64,000 bases of DNA from Lama glama. Lineage: Eukaryota. Shown in pieces: positions 54,331-64,000 of the stretch. Numbering within the stretch: position 1 is the stretch's first letter; each line of letters opens with the position of its first letter. The translations under genes and the position numbers were made by a program. The notes below the pieces were generated by a model, which was given only the letters and a program-made list of their open reading frames with translations, was not told the origin of the DNA and made no database searches. The stretch spans positions 88,786,001 through 88,850,000 of the forward strand of contig CM052817.1 of the NCBI GenBank assembly GCA_028534125.1, given 5' to 3'.

Positions 54331-55435
54331 CTAAGAGGTAGAAATTATGATCTTTTAAAAGACCCTGATACAGTGCTGTATTTCTAAATTTTGGGATCTT
54401 ACTACCCTTGTCTATATCAGAAGTAATTTGTCTTCATCATTATTTTGGGAGTAGGCAGGACCTGGAATAAGCTTTAATAAATTACATGTAAGCTGTTTTT
54501 AGGTACTACTTGTAGTTTCTATAGCTTTTTAAAAAAGTACTACTTTATTTCATTTTTCATAACTATATAAGTAGTATACTTTTGATGATAAAAGGAGAAT
54601 TATAAGCTTGGTAGGGAGACATGGTTATTTTTGCTCAGAAATTATGACAACAGTTATCTTGAAATCCGAGTTATCAAGAAGAAATACTCATATACTAAAA
54701 TGACTTCCCTGGAGTTTTGATGCTAACCTGATTAAATCTGCATGTATGAAAGAAATGCATACTTAAAATAAAGCTTGACATGATCTTCAGCAACTACTTA
54801 GTACCACCTATGAGTCTAAATTGAACCAGCCATCAATTCTTGAGAAATTCTTGATTATATTTATTCATTGTTTGATTTTTAATGCATATGAATGAACCTT
54901 CGATCAGCATTTCACAAAGTCATTACCCTAGGCTCTCATCTGAGAATACATTATTATTCTGTATTGTTCTTCAGTACCAATAAATATACTGGATAAGAGA
55001 AATTATCTTGGTCAATTGATTTGGATGATATCCAATCTAGCCACTCATCTAGGTATTTTCTTTCTATTCCTAAAAGCCACACAGACATAAACTTACTGAG
55101 CTTTATTTTAATGTTAAGCCTTGGCTGCTGTCTAAAGAAGTGTCACTATCTAGCCATGTGAAATTTGTGACTTCATTATCTGTAGGAAGACTGTAGAAAA
55201 AAACTATCATTTTAGGCTCTTTAGATAGAGCCCCAGGTGAAGTTTTAAGTTTATTTTGTTTTGTTTTGTTTTTGGTAGAAGTATGCAAGCTATAACTTAC
55301 TTCCCCTAAGGAACTAATGTTCTCTTCCTTTCAGATGATGACAGTTCTTCAAGTGACCGTGTTTCACCCTATCCTCTTGACTGCTTTAAAGCTGAGTAAA
55401 CAGTCAGAAACTTATTTATGGAGTATTAATGTGGC

Positions 55436-55437
<2 letters not shown>

Positions 55438-55468
<31 letters not shown>
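55438..55468. repeat. (CA)n microsatellite
   Basis: Direct observation, about 15 units. Confidence 0.95.
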
Positions 55469-55471
<3 letters not shown>

Positions 55472-57189
55472 CTTCTAATATCTTGTTTAGATTTCTATTT
55501 CACCTTTTTTCAGTGCTGTTCTTATTACCTTGTTTCAGTGCTTTTAGGGGAAGGTGAATATCTGCACAAATAAAAATGATACATCTAAAGATTCACTGAA
55601 GCAATTGTTAAAGGTGATTATTCAACACGACTGCTCACAAGTTTCTGCTCATTCCTTATGTCTGTGGGCAACACCACCACCTACATGATCGGGCACTTCA
55701 GGACTTACTTTGTTTCCATTCAAACTTATTTAAGGATTTAAGTGGCATATGCAAGTTTCATCTCCATATGACTCTGTATGTATAAAAAGGACTTAAGAAA
55801 TTTCCTGGAATGGCTCAGAAGTCTGTCTCTAATTGTAATTGCACTGTTTCACGCCTAGGATGTCCTATCTTGCATTAATGTGTAAATGCACACATATGAG
55901 CACAGTCTTCAATTTAAACAGAAAACACACCCAGGATTTGAAAACATAAGAAGGAACAGACAAATTAGAAGGCTAGGAAAAGCATTTGATTGTAGTTTTT
56001 GACTTACCCTTTCGTAGATCAGTCTCCTGTCAAACTCCTAGAACCAATAAAGTTCTAAAAAACATCTAGAACTACTGAACACTGGAAATCCCAAATACCT
56101 GCTAAGGAAACAAAGGATGGGTGTTAGCATGTAAGTACCAATTAGCTTAAATAAGGGAATAAATATGAGTAACAATATCAGTACAGTATTGGAAATTTCA
56201 TAAGCTGCAGTCACAGTATTTCATTTGATTTTCAGGGAAAGGAAAACAATAATAAAAATAAATGAATGAATAAACAAAGAAACACTCAGGTAAGGAAAAA
56301 AAAGTTCTTTTAGTCCTCTGATTTCACAATTGTAGAATTTGAAGGTCAGAGAGATTAAATGCTCAAAGTTTCATGGTTAGTTAACAACACTGTGCTAGGT
56401 TAGAGTTCACAGATAGATCACCTTACTTAAAACCTATGTATTGTTTCATAATTAAGTTGATAATTATTTTATCAATTCTCTACCATGTCAGAATACATAA
56501 GAAAAATTAAATCTAGCTAGACATACTCTGATAATTTTAGTAAATAACAGTGTCAGAGTTGTCCTGCAATGTTTATTTTAGGTCATATTTAAGAAGTAAT
56601 TTTCTTAGAAGTCCCTAAGTTTTTCACTGAAAGTTTATAAGTACCAATATTGGTAACAGTTACAGTGCAAATTTGATTGTGGTTTTTTAAATTCTGTTTT
56701 CTAGTTTCACAGATTCCACACTTGGAAATAGCTATAATTTCAAATATTTACTGATATAATTATATCTGGCTGCAGTAAGGCTGTATATAGTACTCTGTAT
56801 TCCTTACTCATCATGAAGCATGTCAAATACAATGAGCAGCAGAGCATAGCTGGATTGTAGAAGCCTCTCCCTTTTCTCCGCTTCAGTGCTCCCAGTCTTC
56901 ATCTAGGAAAGATACACCAGCACTTTAACATCACAGTTAAACTATCAAACAATACAATTTATATTGCTAAGAAGTTGAGGGAGAAGGGAAGCTACTGTTA
57001 CTTTGTTTTATAAGTTTAATTCATATTCTTTACAAAATGAAGAAAATATTTAGCAATATTAATTCCAATATTGAGTGTAAAACAATTACTTCTTTATATT
57101 AATTATTTGATATTTTAAAAGCATTGGGAGTTCAAATTTTGTGCAATGAAAAGTTGTATCTCAGAAAAATACTTTCATTGAGAAATTAA

Positions 57190-57290
57190 GAATTAAACAT
57201 GAATATGATTTAGTTTTATATTTATATTTACTATAATTAAACATGAATTAAACATGAATATGATTTAGTTTTATATTTATATTTACTATA
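57190..57290. repeat. Perfect 46-bp direct duplication with 55-bp period
   Basis: gaattaaacatgaatatgatttagttttatatttatatttactata occurs at 57190-57235 and 57245-57290. Confidence 0.95.
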
Positions 57291-57349
57291 TTCCACTGAA
57301 TTTACACTTATGATAGCTAAATCAAAATAAGGAACAGTGAATTTTCCCT

Positions 57350-58072
57350 TTTTACAGGTTGACCCCTGTTGGGAAGATTTTAATTAAAAACAAAACCTCC
57401 TTCCAAACCAGAAAACCATTCCACAAAGGTAGAAGAGAAAGAAAACAATTTTTATTATTAAATAGGCATTAAAGCAGAACATTAAGTGCAATCACATGCA
57501 GACTAATAAAACAGACTGCAAAGACAGAAAGAAGTCTCATCCTTTTGTATGGCCAAGCAGATATGAATCATTACAGATGCATTTTTAAGATAAACAATAA
57601 CTAGTCCTCAAGTAAGAGGACTTGATAGCACCATTTAAACAGAATGTTCATTCTAGATTCACCTGGTCTTTGGGGTAGCCATTTGTTTGTTAATTGGCTT
57701 AATCAAAGGGAAATAAACTTCTACTGTCTTTATGATAGGAGGTATTTTTACACCTTGGAGCAAGGCACCCACTGAAGTTAGGCTCCTACTCTCCCAAAGA
57801 AACTAAGAGACAGAGGTCCTATCTTCTTTGATGATTACAATTTCAAAGAGACGATTCTGGGCCCTTGAGAAAGACATTCCTGGGTATTAAAGTTGGAAGA
57901 AGCTTTAGCTTTTAAAAAATATATTTATACATTTCAAAGAGACAGAAAGAACTTACAAGTTTTCTAAAGCAAACACTCTAAGGAAAGGAAGGGGGGAAGT
58001 CTCATTACTTATTTTCAACAGGGAGAATGGAACATTTTATTTATTTATTTATTTTTTGCATTTCCCTTGACA
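57350..58072 (-). mobile_element. ERV1 (MER4-group-like) solo LTR
   Basis: aaaggtagaagagaaagaaaacaatttttatt (antisense AATAAA)...ctagtcctcaagtaagaggacttga...ggagcaaggcacccactgaagttaggctcct...cccttgaca; subfamily not assigned. Confidence 0.7.
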
Positions 58073-59324
58073 TCTCATGTAGATTATTTACCTAAAGAGA
58101 GATAGGGTTTTCAATACATTCTTTCAATAACTAATACCATGTGGTGACATACTCAATTTTAGGCCACTTTTCTGATAGGCTAGGTTTTGTTCTTAGAAAT
58201 ACATTATTTACATTTACTATTAGCTACTTTTTGTTATTGGTAATGACCAGCAACTAATAACAATTCAAGATTTCAAGCTTTAGTTTGCAACATCCATGAA
58301 ATATTCTAATGGGAGATTCTGATAGGTGATAGCTGTTGATTTCTCTAATTCTTTCTGATCCCAGGTTTTCATCTTATAATATGGCCTTTGTCCTTAAAAA
58401 CTCATTAGGCTTCAACAGTAGTTTTAGTTTTGATATAATATGATCTATTTTATGAGTTTATTATGAAGATATGTGGAATCACTTTGTAAATATAAAATGG
58501 TGTACGATAAAACTTTGATTTAACATGATTTTTATAAATATAAGAAGTTCAAAGATATTCTACAATGAAAGACAAACATGACAATACTATGATGTTCTTC
58601 ACATAAACTCAAATCAGTAAACAGTAACATTGACAGTTTGGTAGTAGCAACAGTCAAATAAAATATTCATGTGATAACCAAAGATGTCATATTTATTTTA
58701 AATTCAAGTGACATTACCCTTTTGGAAGAATATAGTGTCCCTGATGTAACTTCAGGGTTTAAAAATAATGGCTAACTACTAGATAGACTAAGCTTATACG
58801 CAGGATGACAGGTGATGACTGAATTTCACACATTAGATATTTTCAGTCACACTACTTACATGAGTGATTTTGTACCACATCCTATACATATAGGCAGTAA
58901 ATGTAATTTTCTATTACAAAGCACATAGGTATATGCTAAAGCATTCTTTTTCATGCATTATGGGTGGAGATACAAAAATTCCTTAACATTAATGATAAAT
59001 TTAATAATCCCTCACATTGTGAGAGGACTTACATCACATGATAGTAATAGTACAAAGAAGGGTTGAGATAGAAAACAAATTGGTCTTGAATTTATTATTG
59101 TCTTTCAGGCCAAGCTTACCTTCCCTTAATCCATTGCTCAGTGCTCAGTGAACTGACTTAATAAATGTTCACCACCTTCCCCTTCAAATCTTAAAGAATT
59201 TTCAACAGACATTTTCAAGTGTAGATGGAGTTTAGTAAATTTTAACTTGTCCCCAGAAATTAAGTAAAAACAGAGCTTTGTATTTCTTTTGCATGCTCTG
59301 ACTCAAGGTTTTTTTGAAACACAT

Positions 59325-59349
59325 TGTGTGTGTGTGTGTGTGTGTGTGT
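59325..59349. repeat. (TG)n microsatellite
   Basis: Direct observation. Confidence 0.95.
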
Positions 59350-61253
59350 AAGTTTCTGTTCAGATGGGGACAGGTACAGCATGAGATAATTTGGTAGGGC
59401 AAAGTGATCAGTCCATTAGCCTACTTCATTTCACAGGATGTGTATTATTGTTTTGGTTCTACATACTTGTTAAATCCTATAACACAATAACAATTATATT
59501 TTAACAATGTAAAATATAATTCAATAAATCTTTAACATTCATTGACTATTCCACTTAGACTATTGTCTAAATCCTATGTGGAGGATCGTCTTAGAATATT
59601 AGTATTTATTCTCTTTGTCCTTTTTGTTTTAACTCTTTCAGTATTTTAAGATCCAATCATCTGAAAGTAATATTTTTAAAAAATTTCTGAACAAATAAGA
59701 CTTGGAGGGTGAACTGCACTGTCAAAGGCATACAACATTGAACTGCCTTGAATTTTTTGGCCAGGTGTCCATTCAGAGCACATAATCAGTCAGCCAGGTA
59801 AGCACAGAATGAAATAGAGGAGGCTCAGAAAGTCTGCATCCCCTCTTACTCTAAGCCTAAAGTCAACATCACTCACCACAAACAAAAGTTTTTTAATCTC
59901 TCATAGAATTGTACAGAAAGTTCTTGCGTTGGGATTTTCAGAGGTGTATTAGACACAAGACCTTTAGAAAGAAAGTGAAAAGCAAAATTAAGAATTTAGA
60001 AAATTACAAACCACACACAACAAAACTTGCAGGTAATTAATACTCAAACCACTATTTAGCTTTCAGAACAGTGCTAAACATACTGCAGATTCACACAAAT
60101 ACATATTGATTCATGAGGATGTTGGTGACCAAGAAAGAAAATAATCAGCAGTTGTAATACTGTAAGTATTTGTTTCCTCCCTGGCTATCTGTGTGATCGT
60201 GGACAAATGGCTTATGTGGGTCTCAATAATCCCACATATATATTTTAAAACTTAAAAAAAATTAAGAAATGTAATCTTAGACCTAAAATATTTTTAAGAA
60301 CAACCTAAACAACAGCTTTATTAGATAAATGATACCACAAAATTAAATGTATAGACTTCAAAATTCAGAGTTCAGTTAAATATTAAAAACTCAACTAGTT
60401 ATTGCCACACAATAATGAAAAATGATAGTTTGGAATGCGTTTTTCATAATTTATCTCACCCAGCATTAAAATTAAACACTTAAATAGCCATAGTTTCAGA
60501 TAGAAAAATGCAGTCATCTTTTCCTTAATGACTATGCATATCATTCAAAAAATATTTTACTCCTTAAAACTCAGTCTTTGGTCAAAATCTGGAAGAAATG
60601 TTTGGCTGAAAACAAATAGTGCCAGAATATACACAATAGTTGAAGAAACCCCCCCCCCCAAAAAAAAACAAGTCCTGCTGCTGACCACCTCTTGTTAAAA
60701 GCTGAAAGTGTTGAAGTCAGGAAGTCAGTTTTTGTTTTCTTATATGTGAAGTTCACAGTTCACAAAATTAAATTTGAACTGTTATTATTTGCATTCTTAA
60801 TAGAGAGACAGCCTTTCATCTGGAAAATGTCTAGTGTATTTTATTTGGGGCCTAATTTATCGAGTTCATATAGTTATTTTACAGAAGTGTGATTAAATTA
60901 AATTAAATTAAATATATTGAAAGAGTTAAGCACAGTACTATATTATGTAAAGTACAAAAATATAATATGCATATGAGAAATTATATATATGTGAAGAATT
61001 CTAAGGAAAAAATATGTTTGACACAGTTTAGGAAAAGGAGCAATCACTGTTGTATTTAGTAGAGTAGGAAAACACGGCATAAAGGATTGGCTGAGAGAGA
61101 ACAGACTGGTAAAAATGAAAACTATATAGAAAAGAAGTACATAAAATAAACCAGCTTAATTATGATGCGTACTTCAGATGATGAGAGAATTGTTTAGATA
61201 GTTTTTCAAAAAGAATCTCTGAAAGAATATAGTTGGAAATTTGGTTTGGCAAG

Positions 61254-61684
61254 TCTATTAGCTTCCTAGGGCTGCTGTAACAAATTACCACAAACCAGGT
61301 GGCTTAAAACAATGCAAATTGATTCTCTCACGGTTGGAGGCTAGAAGCCCAAAATCAAGGTGCTGCATGTCGATTCCTTTTGAAGGGCTCAGAAGGAGAA
61401 TCTATTCCAAGTGTCTCTCTTAGCTTCTGACAATTACCAAAAATTCTTGGCATTCCTTGGCTTGCAGATACATCATTCCAATCTCTGCCTCCATAGTCAC
61501 ATGGGTAGTCTTCTCCCTGGGTGTGTCTGTGTCTCTTATATGGGTACAGCCATATTGGATTAAGGGCCCTGTCTATTTCAGCATACCTTCCTCTGAAATA
61601 ATTACAATGAGCCTAATTTTAAATAAGGTCACATTCAGAGGTAATTCAACCTATCTTTTGAAGGAAAACAATTCAACCATAACA
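61254..61684 (-). mobile_element. MaLR LTR (MLT1C/B-like), near full length
   Basis: ttcctagggctgctgtaacaaattaccacaaaccaggtggcttaaaacaa...cagccatattggattaagggccc...aataaggtcacattc...aattcaaccataaca. Confidence 0.9.
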
Positions 61685-62099
61685 CAAAGTAAAATTTTGA
61701 GAAGTACAGTTGAATAATATGAATATGAGTTTGAAATTTATAGGAACTCCTTTAAGTTACAGATTGGGGAAAGGTCAATTTTGAAAGTGGTGTTTGGGAT
61801 GACTTAATCAGTTAGAAAACTTCTATGAAGATACAAATATGAGATATTGCATATATAATCTACTTCAAACACAGTGGTAGTAGAAAGGAAGACTGATCAA
61901 CACTGCTGTTAAAAAATGATATACCTGAATATATATAGCAAAAAAATCTAAAAATGCCAGGAAACCGTGTAAAAATAAAAGCATCTCATGAAATGTATCA
62001 AGATAGAAAATACATTAATAAAAATTTCTTACAGAATGACAACAAAGTAAAAGAAATCCAGAGAGTCAAGAAGGGTCATTTGCTAAATCCTTTTGAATG

Positions 62100-64000
62100 T
62101 AACCTACAATTTATGCTACCATGCGGGAAAGATAAAGTCTAGGGTATGATTTTGTGGGAAATCTGACAGAAGCCTCAGTAAATAAAACTGAATGACCTAA
62201 TGGCTCTTCCTTTAGAATAAGTGTGAACCGAAGAATAATCCACCCTACAAAAGAGAGTGTCAAGAAAATATGTTTGTTTCAAACTTGACGTTTATGCGAA
62301 GGTAAAACTTCAACCTTAAAAATTCAGAATCAAAAACATTCACATGACATGATCTATGGATTCATAGTCTTTATGTGTTTCTGAAGAACTCTAGGGAATA
62401 CTTTTTTATGTAAAGTGGTTGCAGGCATATAACATCACCAAGAAATACGGAAAACAAACCATAAATTATTTTGGAAGGAACAAAGCCTTCAAACAAGGCC
62501 ACCAAAATTATTATACAGGTTTCAAGGAACATAAAGTTACAAAGATCATTACATATGTAAAGAACAAAGGCATCATGAGCAAGATCCAAAAGAATAAAAA
62601 AGAGAACATAAACAAATGAATATAGATAATGATATTAAGATTAAACATATAGAATAAGTACATGTAATATAATTGATGTTATAGAATAATTGATTGAATA
62701 TATGCATAAAGAACAAGGGACTTCAAAAAATAGTCAAGCATATTTGAAAAACAACCAAGAAAGTTCAAGAAAAATAAGGATTTTAATTAATATAAATGGG
62801 CAATTAGCTAGTTAGTTGCAGACGAAAAAAAAAAGAGCAAATTGGAAGAAAAATCTATAGATATTACAGTGGTGACAAGAGAAGTATTGAGTAGAACCTG
62901 GAAGTTTTGCCAACTGTTTTACAATGTCAGGAAGAAAGCAGAGAGAAACTGGTGTAGAGGTAAAAATCAAAGTACTAATGGTGGATAATGTTTTAAAATT
63001 GGTGAATGTCACATATATTCAGATTCTAGAATCTCAATGGATCTCAAACGTAATAAGTAAAAAAAAAACTAAACCTAAATACACCAAAGTGATACAGCAA
63101 AGCAACAAAGAACAAAAGATCTTAAGAGCAGCCAGAGAAAAGTGACACATACTTCAAGAAATAACTTTAGACAAACAGCTAAATTTTCTACATCCATATT
63201 TTAAATTAAAAAATGGTGTAATAGTAATTTTGATGAACTGTGCAGGAAAACTGCTGTCAATCTATAAATAAAATTTTCGTAAAGACAAAATAAAAATATA
63301 GTCATATAAACAAAAATTGAGGGTTTGCAACTAATAGAATCTCAAGAAGGCAAAAATCTCTGGATGTGCTTCAGGCAGAAGAAAAGATCCCAGATATATT
63401 ACATAGGAGATGAGAACAAAAGTTAATCAAAGGCATTATTAATTATGTAGGCAAAACAAAGTAATAATAATAAAATATTAATAATATGTTTTGTGGGATT
63501 AAACAAAGCTACCTAAATCTAATATCTAGCACAACAATAGCATGATTTGTTGTTTAAATTTGATTTACAGTATCCTTAAATTCTTGATTCTTTTTCTTAG
63601 AAGAATATAAGGCTGTTTAATAAATTTAGAACTTATAAATTATGCATATCAAAATGTTGGTGATAACCACTTTAAACAAAATAAAAACTGCCTTTAATTT
63701 CTAAATTAGAAGTAGAAAAAGAAGGCAAAATTATATGAAGCAAACAAAAATAGTTATTAAAATGGAAAGAAAAATGAAACATAAAACATTAATACAATTT
63801 TGAGACCAAAAAAGTTGTGGAATAAATAAAATATGATGTAATATACATACAACTCCAAACATGCAAAACCAAAAGAGAAAGAAGACATATATCTATATAT
63901 TCCTAAAACAAATGAAAAAATATTCAAAAGTTAAGAAGACATTTTTAAAGGAAATGAAAAGATTGTAAGAGTTTACTAAATTTAACAATTTCATTGCCAA
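62100..64000 (+). mobile_element. Ancient LINE-1/HAL1 5' region and ORF1 remnant
   Basis: Strongly A-rich sense strand with ORF1 remnants: cagattctagaatctcaatggatctcaaac, aagatcttaagagcagccagagaaaag, agacaaacagct, caaaaattgagggtttgcaactaataga. Confidence 0.65.

Noticed and set aside
1..64000. CRISPR arrays, operons or other prokaryote-type systems; CpG-island promoter
   Set aside because: No regularly spaced repeats, long ORFs or CpG-rich segment; the content is mammalian repeat-rich non-coding DNA.

Overview
AT-rich, CpG-depleted mammalian genomic DNA, either intergenic or deep intronic, from a draft assembly with two N-gaps. A tRNA-derived SINE of Vic-1 type and the L1 3' UTR sequences suggest a camelid (alpaca or camel); this is recognition from memory, not a database result. 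I found no convincing protein-coding exon. The only ORFs in the track with recognisable homology are decayed LINE-1 ORF2 C-terminal fragments; the rest look like chance ORFs or run through N-gaps. The window is mostly transposable-element fossils (L1 of several ages, L2, MIR, MaLR/ERV LTRs, hAT-Charlie and Tigger DNA transposons) plus microsatellites and some repeat-free stretches that may be regulatory. The best-supported structural points are an L1 with a twin-priming 5' inversion and 16-bp TSD, a solo ERV LTR nested in an MLT1 LTR with a 4-bp TSD, a possibly internally primed 3'-truncated L1, and a perfect 46-bp local duplication. A few splice-site-bounded segments could be lncRNA exons. 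I see no support for a novel biological system. Subfamily names and many boundaries are approximate and need RepeatMasker/Dfam confirmation.
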